Below are positions 9,238 through 19,166 of a DNA stretch of 64,000 nucleotides, piece by piece. Positions within the stretch are counted from its first letter, which is position 1. Every line of letters begins with the position of its first letter. The notes under the pieces are model-generated. The model was not told where the DNA came from and ran no database searches. It worked only from the letters and a program-made list of their open reading frames with translations. The position numbers were made by a program, and so were the translations under genes. The stretch is from Candidatus Deferrimicrobiaceae bacterium (lineage in GTDB: Bacteria; Desulfobacterota; Deferrimicrobia; Deferrimicrobiales; Deferrimicrobiaceae), in assembly GCA_963725055.1 (NCBI GenBank), contig CAVRXE010000008.1, positions 53,568 to 117,567 on the forward strand. Reading direction: 5' to 3'.

Positions 9238-10937
9238 AACCGCTCCTTCACGCGTTCCGCGACTTCTCCCGGAGTGAACGGCAACCCGTCGAACCGTCCG
9301 ATCGTCCCGGAAACCTCGCGTCCGGTCTCCGCCCGGAGCAGGCGCGCCAACTGTCCCGTGCGGTTGTTTTCCACCGTCAGCGCCGTCCGGTAGCGGTCGA
9401 GGATCTCCGACACCGCCTGCGCGGGGAACGGGGCCACCTGTCGCAGGTGGACCGCGGCGGTTGCGACCCCTTCAACCGACAGGATCTCCCGCGCCTCGGC
9501 GATCACCCCCTTCGTCGAGCCGAACCCGATCAGCAGCACCTCCCCGTCCGGTGGGCCGGCGAGGAGCGGCGGCAACGCCTCCATCGCCAGCGCCTCCCCT
9601 TTCCTCATCCGCTTCTCCACCATCGCGATCCGGACCGCATGGTCCTCCGTCAGATGACCGTCCTCGGTGTGTTCGTCGCTGTCCACGACCACGGTGATCC
9701 CCGGCTCGCCCGGGACGGCCACCGGGGAGACGCCGTCCTCCGTGATCGCGTACCGGAGATACCGTCCCTTCGCGTCCCTCGGCACATCGCTCCCGTGGAC
9801 GATCCGCCGGTTCACGGGGAGCGCGGGGAAATCCCCGGGGTCGGCGTCCACCACGGTGTCGGCGAGGTACTGGTCCGTGAGGAGGATACACGGGACCTGG
9901 TACGCCTCCGCCATCTCCATCGCGTGGTGCGCCAGCGCATACGCCTCCTCGACCGAGCCGGGGGAAAGCACCAGCCGGGGAAACTCCCCGTGCCCCGCCG
10001 AAAGTGCGAACGCGAGATCCTCCTGTCCCGTGCGCGTCGGCATCCCGGTGGCCGGCCCCGGGCGCATTCCCAGCGCGACCACCACGGGAGCCTCCAGCAT
10101 CCCCGCCAGCGAAAGCGCCTCCACCATCAGGGCGAACCCTCCTCCGGAGGTGGCCACCATCGCCCGCGCCCCCGCGTACGATGCGCCGATCGCCATGTTC
10201 AGCGCCGCGATCTCGTCCTCGGCCTGCTCGAAGACGAGCCCCAGCGGAGGGCCGTCCACGGAGAGGCCGCGCAGGATGCCGCTTCCGGGCGTCATCGGGT
10301 ACCCTGCGGCGAACTTGCACCCTCCCGCGACCGCGCCGAGGGCCAGCGCCTCGTTCCCGGACAGGATCATCCGGGGATGGCACACCGCCTCCGGCAGGCG
10401 GTACCCCGAGGGGAGGCGAGACTCCGCCCACCCGGCCCCGAGCCGCCCCGCGGCCCGGTTCTTTTCCAGGGAATCGCCCTCGAACTCGAGGGTCAGGACC
10501 CGATCCACCGTTTCCGGCGGGATTCCGAGCGCGCTGGCGACGATGCCGGCCCCCACGATGTTCGCGAGGATCGGGCTTCCCGCGGAGGCCGCCAGCTCCT
10601 TGAGCGGCGCGGCGATTACCCGCGGGTCCGCGCTCCCCGCCCCCGCCGGGAGGTCGCACACGACGATGCCTGCCGGGGCGAGCGAGGACAGGACGTGCGG
10701 GAGATGCCCCGGATCGAGGGCGAGCACGATGTCCGCCTGCGGCCGCCCCGCGCGCACCGGGATCTCGCGGATCCGGACGGAATACGAGTTCCGCCCTCCA
10801 CGGATCCGGCTCATGTACTCCTGCGTGGCGTGGAAGTGATGCCCCGCGGCGACGGCAAGGCGGCAGAGGATCCCGCCGGCGGTGTGCACCCCCTGGCCGG
10901 CTCCGCCCATCACGCGGATGTTGATGTCGATGCCCAT
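9234..10937 (-). CDS. korA: 2-oxoacid:ferredoxin oxidoreductase, fused gamma/alpha subunit
   Basis: N-terminal gamma-like domain (MGIDINIRVMGGAGQG) followed by an alpha domain (GYPMTPGS, pyruvate-flavodoxin OR family). Confidence 0.85.
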   Translation of the reverse strand: MGIDINIRVMGGAGQGVHTAGGILCRLAVAAGHHFHATQEYMSRIRGGRNSYSVRIREIPVRAGRPQADIVLALDPGHLPHVLSSLAPAGIVVCDLPAGAGSADPRVIAAPLKELAASAGSPILANIVGAGIVASALGIPPETVDRVLTLEFEGDSLEKNRAAGRLGAGWAESRLPSGYRLPEAVCHPRMILSGNEALALGAVAGGCKFAAGYPMTPGSGILRGLSVDGPPLGLVFEQAEDEIAALNMAIGASYAGARAMVATSGGGFALMVEALSLAGMLEAPVVVALGMRPGPATGMPTRTGQEDLAFALSAGHGEFPRLVLSPGSVEEAYALAHHAMEMAEAYQVPCILLTDQYLADTVVDADPGDFPALPVNRRIVHGSDVPRDAKGRYLRYAITEDGVSPVAVPGEPGITVVVDSDEHTEDGHLTEDHAVRIAMVEKRMRKGEALAMEALPPLLAGPPDGEVLLIGFGSTKGVIAEAREILSVEGVATAAVHLRQVAPFPAQAVSEILDRYRTALTVENNRTGQLARLLRAETGREVSGTIGRFDGLPFTPGEVAERVKERL

Positions 10938-10997
10938 GCTCTGCGTCCTCGAAATTTTACGATGAACCACCCTGCGGGAAAGTTGCCCCCGCGACGG

Positions 10998-12438
10998 CTA
11001 CCTGCGGAGCGACGGCCGGCCCTCCAGGACTTCCCGCGCTACCCCGACCGGGGAGGTCGCGGGGGTGAACGTCTTGACCGTATCGTACGACGCGGTCCAC
11101 TCCTCCCCCAGCGTTCCCATCGCGTACCGGAGGTTCAGGTTGGCGACCAGGTAATCGCGGCGCGACTGCGCGAGGTTGACCCGCGCCTGGTTGAGATTCA
11201 AATTGGCGTCGTCCACCTCCAGCTTCGTCTTCACCCCGTACTCGTACCCTTTCTCCGCGAGAGCCAGGAGGCTCTCCGCCTGTCCGACGGTGTCGGAGAT
11301 CGCCCGGACGACCTCCCCCGCATCCCGGACGGCGTTCGTCGCGTCCCGCACCTGCAGGGCGATGCCGTCGAGGAGCTGGGCCTCCTCGATGCGCAGCGTG
11401 CTCTGGTCGCTCCTGGCCTGGGCGACCCGGCCCCGGGTGCGCAAGCCGTCGAACAGCGCCCACGAGGCGAACAACCCCGCGGACCAGACCTTGCCGTTGG
11501 CGTTGAAGTCGCCGATCGTGCTGTCCCTCCAGCCGAGGTCCGCCTGGACGTCCAGCCGCGGCATGGTCCCCGCCTGCGCGATCGTCACCAGCTCTTTCGT
11601 GATCCCGATCCGGTGGCGGATGTCGGACAACTCGGGGCGGTTCTCCACGGCGATCTCAAGGGCTTTCCCGTATTCCGGGTAGGGGACGATCTCCGCCGCG
11701 AGGTCTCCGCGCACGTCGACCGGCCCGCCGCCCCGCCCCAGCAGGAACCGTAGTCGCTCACGGAGGGAAAGGAGCTGGTTCTCCGTGCGCACGATCACGG
11801 GCTTCGCGTTCTCCAGGCCCACCTTCGCCACCAGGACGTCGTAGTCCGTCGCCGTCCCCGCGGCGTTTTTCTTTTGCGCCTCGTCGAGGAACCGCGTCTT
11901 CTGGTCCCGATTCTCCAGGGCGATGGCGTTCAGCTCGCGGGCCAGCAGGATGTCATGGAAGGTCGTGGTGGCCTCCTTCAGCGCCGCCTGCCGGGAGATC
12001 TTTTGCCGGTCCTCCGCGGTGGCCAGGCCGACCCGGGCCGCCCGGATCGCCGCGGTCACCTGGCCCCCCGTGTACAGGGGCTGGGTCACCCCGAGCTGGG
12101 CGCCCATCGTGGTGTTGCCCGGGGGGATGCCGAACACTTCCTGGGTGGTGTCCCAGCCCCGCGATCCGCGGGCGGTGCCGACGAGCTGCGGCAGGGCCGC
12201 CGCCCGCTCCTCGACGTACTTCCCTTCCAGGGCATTGCGAAACTCCAGTGCCTTCTGGATATCCCTGTTGTTCTCGAGAGTGATCCGGACCACATCGTCG
12301 AACGTCAGGATCTCCACGCCGGAGGAATCGCCGGCGAACGCGTCCGTGGGCCCGAAGGAAGGGATTCCCTGGAGCAGGACCAGCAGGAAGGCGACGGCGA
12401 CGGCCGCGGCCTTCTTCCCGTCCCACCTCCGCCGCATC
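10998..12438 (-). CDS. Outer-membrane efflux protein (TolC/OprM family)
   Basis: Signal peptide MRRRWDGKKAAAVAVAFLLVLLQG followed by two OEP repeats (LTFDDVVRITLENNRDI... / ...RYAMGTL). It is the last gene of the efflux operon. Confidence 0.75.
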
Positions 12439-15400
12439 CAGACGGCGACGTCGTCCAGAAGCGTGTAGACGACCGGCACGACGAGCAGCGTCAGGAAGGT
12501 CGACGTGACCAGTCCCCCGACGACGGCCCGCGCCATCGGCGCCCGCATCTCCGCACCCGCCCCGATCCCCAGCGCCAGGGGGAGCATCCCGAAGATCATC
12601 GCCAGCGTCGTCATCAGGATGGGCCGCAGCCGCGTCCTGCCCGCCGTGATCACCGCCTCGGACCGCTCCATCCCCCGCGTCTGCAGCACCTTCGCGTAGT
12701 CCACGAGCAGGATCGCGTTCTTCGTCACCAGCCCCATCAGCATGATGAGCCCGATGAGGGACATGATGTTCACCGTGTCCCCCGTGAGCAGCAGCATCCC
12801 CGCCATCCCGACGACCGACAGGGGAAGCGAGAGCATGATGGAGAACGGCTCGATGAACGATTCGAACTGCGCCGCGAGAATCAGGTAGACGAAGATCACG
12901 GCGAGGAGAAGCGCCTCGGCCATGTAGCCGAACGTTTCGATCATGTCCTCTCCCTCCCCGGTGAAGACCACGCGGTACCCTGGAGCCAACGGCATCTTGC
13001 CGGCGATCGCCTTGACCTTGTTCATCGCCTCCCCCAGCGGCATCCCGTCGAGGTTCGCCGAAATCACCACCTCCCGGGTCAGCGCCTGCCGGTTGATCTC
13101 GGACGGGGTGTCGCTCAGCGAATACCGGGCCAATTCGCCCAACGGTACGAGGGCGACCCCTTCCGGCCCCCGGTTCACCGCCAGCCGGACCCGCTCCACC
13201 TGGGACGGGTCCTGGCGCATCGCGACGGGCAGCCGGACGCGAACGTTCACCGCGTCGCCGTCCGGGTCCTCATAGGTGGAGACCACCTGCCCCCCGATCA
13301 GCGCCCCCACGGTGCGCACGACGGTCCCGGTCGTCACGCCCAGGTCCGCCGCCCGCTCACCGTCCACGGTCAGGCGATACTCGGGGATGTCGTGCTCCAG
13401 GGTCACCTCGAGGTCGACGATCCCGGGGATCTTCCGGATCTCCTGTTTCAGCGCCGCCGCGTATCCCTTGAGGAGGCCGATGTCCTCCCCTCGCACGGCC
13501 ACGGTGAACGGCTTCTCCCCGGCGACCCTTCCCACCTCGACGATCGCCGGGAGAATCCCGGGGATCGTCCCCAGCCGCTCCCGCACCTCCTTCTGTATCT
13601 TGTCCTGGCCCCGCTTCCGCTCCTTCTTTCCGGAGAGCTTCACGTACACCATGCCGTCCCGGACCGTCCCCGCGTCCCCGGCCCCGATGGTCGCGAAGGT
13701 GCTGCGGACCTCGCGGATCTTGCGGATTTCCGAAAGGACCGCCTCGACGCGGTCCCGCGTCTCGGCGAGGGAGGCGTCCGGGGCGGACTTGAAGTTGATC
13801 TGGAACTCGGCCCGGTCCACCGGCGTGAAGAACTCCGTCTTCAGCGAGGCGAACGCCGCGATGCCGCCGAGGAACGCCAGCGTCGCGAGGGCGAGCATCG
13901 TCTTGCGATGCCCGAGGGCCCACGCGATCACGGACCGGTACCGGTCGGCCGTCCGGTCGAACCCGCCGTTGAACCGGTCGAGGATCCGGGCGACGAGATG
14001 CCGTCTCCCCTTTCGCTCGATGTCGGGGTCGATCCACCGGGAGGAGAGCATCGGGTCGAGGGTGAACGACACGAAGAGGGAGACGAGCACCGCGAAGGCC
14101 ACGGTGATCCCGAACTGGAAGAAGAAGCGCCCGACGATCCCCTTCATGAACGCCACCGGCACGAAGACGGCGACGATGGAGAAGGTGGTGGCGATCACCG
14201 CGAGCCCGATCTCCGCGGTCCCTGCCGTGGCCGCCTCCATATGGTCCTGCCCGAATTCGAGGTGCCGGACGATGTTCTCCCGGACCACGATCGCGTCGTC
14301 GATGAGGAGGCCGATGGCGAGGGACAGCGCCATCAGCGTCATCACGTTGAGCGTCATCCCCATGAAGTTCATGACGATGAAGGAGGAGATGACGGAGATC
14401 GGTAGGGTGAGCCCGGTGATCACCGTGGAGCGCCACGAGTTGAGGAAGCAGAAGACGATGAAGATGGTCAGGATCCCGCCGAGGATCAAGGTCGTCTGGA
14501 CGTCCTCCACGGAGTCCCGGATCATCGTCGAGGCGTCCCGGACGATCTCGATCCTCGTCCCGGGGGAAGCTCCGGCTGCAGCCGGGCGATCTCCTTCTTC
14601 GCGAGCTCGACCACGGAGACCGTGTTCGCCCCCGACTGCTTCTGGATGTCGAGCGCGATCGCGGGCACGCCGTTCACCAGCGCGAGGGACCGCGGCTCCT
14701 CGATCCCGTCGACCACGTCGGCCACCTCGCCCAGCAGCACGGCCCGCCCGTTCCTCTGGCCGATCACCATCGACGGGAAGCGGGACACATCGACGGGCTT
14801 CCCCGAAACCCGCAAAGGGAATTCGGACCCGTTCTTCGTCAACCGTCCGAGAGGAGTGTTGACGTTTTCGGACCGGATCCCGGCGATCACCTCGTCCACG
14901 CCCATCCCGAGCGCCTCGAGGCGCGCCTGGTCGATGTCGACGTTGACCTCGCGTTTGGAGGAACCGACGAGGTCGACCTTCCCGACGCCGGGGATGTTCT
15001 CGAAGCGCCGCTTGATCTTTTTCTCAACAAGGGTGGTGAGGTCCTTCGACGGGAGGGTGTCGGACCGTACCGCGAGGGACACGATCGGCGCCGCCGCGAA
15101 GTCCAGCTTCTGGATGATCGGCTCCTCGATCCCGTCCGGCAGTTCGCCGCGGATGGCGGCGATCTTGGCCCGCGCCTCCTGGGCGCCGTCGTTCAGCTTC
15201 ACCTCGAGCTGGAACTGGACCATGACCGTGGAGACGCTCTCGCGGGAGACCGAGAGGACTTTCTTCACCCCGGCGATCGGGTTGACCGCCTCCTCGATCC
15301 GCTTGCTGACCTCCCGCTCGACGCTCTCCGGGGAGGCTCCGGGGAATTTCGTGACGATGGTGACGACGGGGATCTCCACGTCGGGGAACATGTCGACCGC

Positions 15401-15496
15401 GAGCCGCTTGTACGAGAAGGATCCCAGGGTCACCAGGGCGAGCATCATGACCGCGGCGAAGATGGGGCGCTTGATCGAGAGATCGGAGAGAAACAT
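12439..15496 (-). CDS. RND efflux permease (AcrB family), with two reading-frame anomalies
   Basis: The N-terminal 324 aa (MFLSDLSIKRPIFA...) end prematurely. The remainder (MIRDSVEDVQ...) continues in another frame. The junction is in a C5G3 run at about 14558-14570. The C-terminus then runs without a stop into the TolC-like gene. Confidence 0.8.
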
Positions 15497-15499
15497 CGA

Positions 15500-16654
15500 C
15501 TATTTCCCCGCGGCGGCGACCTTCACCGCGTCACCATCCGAAATCAGGAACGCGCCGCGGGTGACCACCGTCTCCCCGGACCGCAGGCCCGAGGGGATCT
15601 CGACGAGGTCCCCCTGGACCGCTCCCGTCGTCACCCCCCGGCGGCGCGCGACGTTGTTGTCGACGACGAAGACCTCCCCCTTCCGGGCGGCCACGTTCCA
15701 GGACAGAAGGGCCGTCCGCGGGATCCGGACGACCCCCTTTCTGCCGCCGGTCGCGATCCTCCCCTTCACGAACAGTCCTCCCTTGAGGACCTCCGGAACG
15801 TTGGGCACCTCGGCGATCACGCGAACCGAGCGGTCGCCGGGGCTCACCGACGGGTTGATGTGGGCGACCGTTCCGTCGAACTCCCTTCCGGGGAACGCGT
15901 CGGTGGAAAACCGGACCGGCTGTCCCACGCGCAGGGCGGCCATCTCCGCGGAAGGCACGCTCACGGTGAGTTCCAGGAGCCGGTTGTCCACGAGGCGGAA
16001 GACCACCTTCTGCATCTCCCCCACGAGGTCCCCTTCGTTCACCATCCGCTCCGCCACCGCCCCGTCGAAGGGGGAGCGGATCACCGCCTTGGAAAGGCGC
16101 ATCGTCACGTGGGCGACGTCCTCACCGGCGACCGCCACCTGGGCCTTGGCCGCCGCGATCCGCGCGGACGCCGCCTCCTTCTGCGTCCGCGCGTCGTCCA
16201 ACCCCTGCCGCGTGAGCAGCCCGGACTCATACAGCTTGACCGCCCGGTCGTTCTCCCGGTCGGCGCGCGCGACGGCCGCCTCGGCCTCCAGCTGCCCGGC
16301 CTTCGCCATCTCGAGGGCCGCCTTCGCCTTCTGGAGGAGGACCTCCCCCTCCCTCGTATCCACCTTGAGCAGGGGATCTCCCTTGCGTACCTTCGCCCAG
16401 TCGTTCACGTAGACGCGCGTCACCACGCCGCCGTACTCCGGCTTGATCTCCGCCTGATACTTCGGCGACAAGGTCCCGGTGACCTCGATCCCCTCGACGA
16501 CATCCCCCGTCGCGACTACCTCCGCGTCCACGGAAACGGCGGGCTTCGCCGCCGGAACGGCCTTCGCATTCCCACCCCCCTCCTTCGAGGAGCAGCCGGC
16601 CGCGGCGAGAAACGCGGCGAGAACGGCAACCCCGGGGGCGAATCTCCGGTTCAT
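15500..16654 (-). CDS. RND efflux periplasmic adaptor (membrane fusion protein)
   Basis: Lipoprotein signal (LAAFLAAAGCSS), then biotinyl-lipoyl-like, coiled-coil and beta-barrel regions typical of HlyD/AcrA adaptors. A 4-nt overlap with tetR. Confidence 0.8.
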   Translation of the reverse strand: MNRRFAPGVAVLAAFLAAAGCSSKEGGGNAKAVPAAKPAVSVDAEVVATGDVVEGIEVTGTLSPKYQAEIKPEYGGVVTRVYVNDWAKVRKGDPLLKVDTREGEVLLQKAKAALEMAKAGQLEAEAAVARADRENDRAVKLYESGLLTRQGLDDARTQKEAASARIAAAKAQVAVAGEDVAHVTMRLSKAVIRSPFDGAVAERMVNEGDLVGEMQKVVFRLVDNRLLELTVSVPSAEMAALRVGQPVRFSTDAFPGREFDGTVAHINPSVSPGDRSVRVIAEVPNVPEVLKGGLFVKGRIATGGRKGVVRIPRTALLSWNVAARKGEVFVVDNNVARRRGVTTGAVQGDLVEIPSGLRSGETVVTRGAFLISDGDAVKVAAAGK

Positions 16655-17292
16655 CTCCTCCTCCCCTTTTCCCCTGTGCTTTTCCTTTTCATGGCGATCC
16701 CTTCGAGAACGGTTTCGAGGACGCGCCGCACGCCGTCCCGCCCGAGGCTCTGCGGCGGGTGGCACAGCTCCACCTCCATCGCCACGTTGACCGCCCCGAT
16801 GACGGCCCACATCGCGTCGTGCAGGTCCACCCGCCGGAACTCGCTGTCCCGGATCCCTTCCCGGAGGACCTGGAGCACCGCCTCCTGGAAACGGCGGTGG
16901 TACGCGTCGAAGTCGATGAACGGCGCGCCCTGCGGCGGCCCGTAGTAGATGGAGTACATCACCCTGGCGGCGTCGAGGTTCTCGATGAAGATGTCGTACG
17001 CCATGAGGCAGAGACGGAAGAGCCGATCCCTCGCCGAGCCGGACTCAAGGACCGCCTCCTCGACGAGCGCGGCGAATTCGCTGAACGGTTCCCGCATCAG
17101 GTCGAGGTAGATCCCCTCCTTGCTGCGGAAGTAGTAGTAAAGGACCGGCTTGGTCACGCCCGCCCGTTCGACGATCTCGCGGACGGTCGTGGCGGCGTAC
17201 CCTTTCGAGGCGAACAGCGCGGTCGCACCGGACAGGAGGCGCTCCCTCGCCTCGCCGCCTGCCCCGGTCTCCTTCCGCTCCCTTCTCGCCAT
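16651..17292 (-). CDS. TetR-family transcriptional repressor, first gene of the efflux operon
   Basis: N-terminal HTH LFASKGYAATTVREIVERAGVTKPVLYYYFRSKE. Confidence 0.85.
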   Translation of the reverse strand: MARRERKETGAGGEARERLLSGATALFASKGYAATTVREIVERAGVTKPVLYYYFRSKEGIYLDLMREPFSEFAALVEEAVLESGSARDRLFRLCLMAYDIFIENLDAARVMYSIYYGPPQGAPFIDFDAYHRRFQEAVLQVLREGIRDSEFRRVDLHDAMWAVIGAVNVAMEVELCHPPQSLGRDGVRRVLETVLEGIAMKRKSTGEKGRRR

Positions 17293-17325
17293 CCCGCCCT
17301 CCCGCCATCTCGCGGCCCTTGTATT

Positions 17326-17386
17326 TACCTACCGGTAAGTATAAGGACGGGCGCAACCTTGTCAACGGGAATTTTACCGATCGGTA
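17326..17386. promoter_or_regulatory. Two palindromic operator-like sites upstream of tetR
   Basis: Site 1 is TACCTACCGGTAAGTA, with a TACCGGTA core. Site 2 is TACCGATCGGTA, a perfect 12-mer. Both share TACCG/CGGTA half-sites. They lie 34 and 83 bp upstream of the tetR start. Confidence 0.4.
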
Positions 17387-17461
17387 TATGAGGATGATGG
17401 CGCCCAACGGAAGGAGCACCCCAGGGTACCCCGCAACGTACGCAGGGGCACGCAACGGGAG

Positions 17462-17574
17462 GGCGCGGCGGAGTCGCCGGAGGAGGGAGGGCGCAGTGAG
17501 GTAAAGCGCAGCCGTGCAGGTTCACCGCACGGCGAGCCACGAACGGAGCCCTGCCCTCCGAGGCGGCGCAGCCG
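17462..17574 (-). repeat. Copy (minus orientation) of a roughly 110-bp intergenic repeat also present at 47141-47360, with a partial copy at 8330-8350
   Basis: The reverse complement of 17504-17574 is nearly identical to cggctgcgccCCctcggagggcagggctTcgttcgtggctcgccgtgcggtgaacctgcacggctgcgct at 47250-47322. It contains the hairpin ccgtgc-N9-gcacgg. Confidence 0.5.
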
Positions 17575-17583
17575 ACTGAGGCC

Positions 17584-18003
17584 CTATGCCCCCGCGGCTT
17601 TTTTCGCCACCCGGGCGTTGAACTTCGCGAAGTCGACGGCGAACCGCTCATGGGTCCCCTTGCCGATGACCTCGACGTCGTCCGAAGCCGTGATGTCCCA
17701 CACCGACCGGCGTCCTTCCACCCCGACGCACCGGACGCGGACCGTGACGGTCATCCCCGGCGGGGTCGCCGCGGTGTGCGTGACATTGACGAGCGTTCCC
17801 ACGCTCCCCTCCCCCGGTTCCATGTGCGGCGCCATCGCCTCGATGCACGCCCACTCCATGAGCCCGACCATGAAGCCGGTGGCGAACACCTTCGGCATCT
17901 CCTGGAACGCCTTCGCCTCGGGATAGAGGTGGGGAACCGTCTTGTTCTCCGGAACGCGATACGTGTGCACGTGCTCCAGCCCGACCTTCAGCGTCTCTTT
18001 CAT
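17584..18003 (-). CDS. Hotdog-fold acyl-CoA thioesterase
   Basis: 139-aa protein (MKETLKVGLEHVHTYRV...) with the composition and length of fluoroacetyl-CoA/4HBT-like hotdog thioesterases. Confidence 0.65.
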   Translation of the reverse strand: MKETLKVGLEHVHTYRVPENKTVPHLYPEAKAFQEMPKVFATGFMVGLMEWACIEAMAPHMEPGEGSVGTLVNVTHTAATPPGMTVTVRVRCVGVEGRRSVWDITASDDVEVIGKGTHERFAVDFAKFNARVAKKAAGA

Positions 18004-18143
18004 GGGGCCCTCCTTCGGCGAGTTATCGTGGGAACGGCGATCTCGTATCCGGGGAAGATAGCCGTTTCGTCGTGGAGTTACAATGGGGCGGAGAGAGAGG
18101 AACATGGAGAGGAAAAACATTTCCACTTATTGGTAAATCCATT

Positions 18144-18185
18144 TTGTTTTATTTGCTTTAAGCGATATTGTTTTATTTGCTTTAA
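18144..18185 (+). promoter_or_regulatory. Two perfect 18-bp direct repeats TTGTTTTATTTGCTTTAA separated by 6 bp
   Basis: Read from the sequence at 18144-18161 and 18168-18185. They sit in an AT-rich island about 60 bp upstream of the rpfF-like start. Confidence 0.4.
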
Positions 18186-18244
18186 AGGAATGACATGCTA
18201 TTATCCGTTTCGCTGGAGACCAAATAAAAATCCCGGTAGGGACA

Positions 18245-19162
18245 ATGGAGTTACAGGACGTAATGAATGTAATGGCTTCACCCGTCCTTCCCCATCCGAC
18301 GTCGTATCGGCATCTCCGCACGCGATTCGAGCCGCAGTACGGCGCCCTCTGGTGCTACCTCGCGCCGCATCCACGTCCCTGCTTCAGCTTCGAGGTGCTG
18401 GAGGAATTGCGCCGCTTCCAGGTGAAGATCGAGCGATCGGCGGACGACGAGGGGAAGGGGTGGGGGGTCCGCTACGTCATCCTCGCGTCCGCGACTCCCG
18501 GGGTGTTCAACTTCGGCGGCGACCTCGCTCTTTTCATCCGCTGCCTGAAGGAAAACGACCCGGAAACGCTTCGCCGGTACGCGAAGAATTGCATCGACGT
18601 GCTCTACGCGCATGCGGTAGGCTTCAGCCTCCCCATCACCACCATCTCCCTCGTCCAGGGGGATGCCCTCGGCGGCGGCTTCGAGGCGGCCCTGGCGAGC
18701 GATATCCTCGTCTCGGAGAAACAAGCCCATTTCGGGTTCCCGGAGGTCATGTTCAACCTCTTCCCCGGGATGGGGGCGTACAACCTGCTCCAGCGGCGGA
18801 TCGGCATGCAGCGGACGGAACGGATGCTCCTGAACGGGAGGCTTCATCGGGCCGAGGAACTCCACGCCGAAGGGGTCGTCGATATACTGGCCGAGGAGGG
18901 ACGCGGGGAGAACGCGGTGTACGAGCATATCGTCCGGGAGGCAGGCCGGCGGAACGCCCGGCAGGCGATCATGCAGATCCGGCGGAAGCTCCGGCCGCTC
19001 CTCTACGAAGAGCTGATGGAAGTAAGGGAAATCTGGGTGGACACCGCGATGCGCCTCGGTCCGCGGGAAATCCGGCTGATGGAGCGGCTCATGAACGCCC
19101 AGTCCCGGTTCTCGACGATCGCTCCGGTTCCCATCACTCCGCCGCGGACGGGGAACGCCTGA
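18245..19162 (+). CDS. rpfF: RpfF-like crotonase-family DSF synthase (enoyl-CoA hydratase/thioesterase type)
   Basis: Crotonase-fold protein with long stretches matching the Xanthomonas RpfF pattern as recalled from memory. These include FNFGGDLALF, ISLVQGDALGGGFEAAL, FPEVMFNLFPGMGAY and EIWVDTAMRLG. Confidence 0.65.
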   Translation: MELQDVMNVMASPVLPHPTSYRHLRTRFEPQYGALWCYLAPHPRPCFSFEVLEELRRFQVKIERSADDEGKGWGVRYVILASATPGVFNFGGDLALFIRCLKENDPETLRRYAKNCIDVLYAHAVGFSLPITTISLVQGDALGGGFEAALASDILVSEKQAHFGFPEVMFNLFPGMGAYNLLQRRIGMQRTERMLLNGRLHRAEELHAEGVVDILAEEGRGENAVYEHIVREAGRRNARQAIMQIRRKLRPLLYEELMEVREIWVDTAMRLGPREIRLMERLMNAQSRFSTIAPVPITPPRTGNA

Positions 19163-19166
19163 CCGG

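Noticed and set aside
9472-10659. 395-aa minus-strand ORF and 768-aa plus-strand ORF (9447..11753) overlapping korA
   Set aside because: Extreme Arg/Gly/Pro composition with no motifs. They overlap a strongly conserved KorA reading frame.
10998-14525. A single 1175-aa protein
   Set aside because: It is a concatenation of the AcrB-like permease C-terminal two thirds and a separate TolC-like protein with its own signal peptide. It is treated as two genes.
17590-17612. A GC-rich stretch followed by TTTTTT at about 17600, possible terminator
   Set aside because: The T-run is on the plus strand, but the adjacent gene is on the minus strand. The stem is imperfect.
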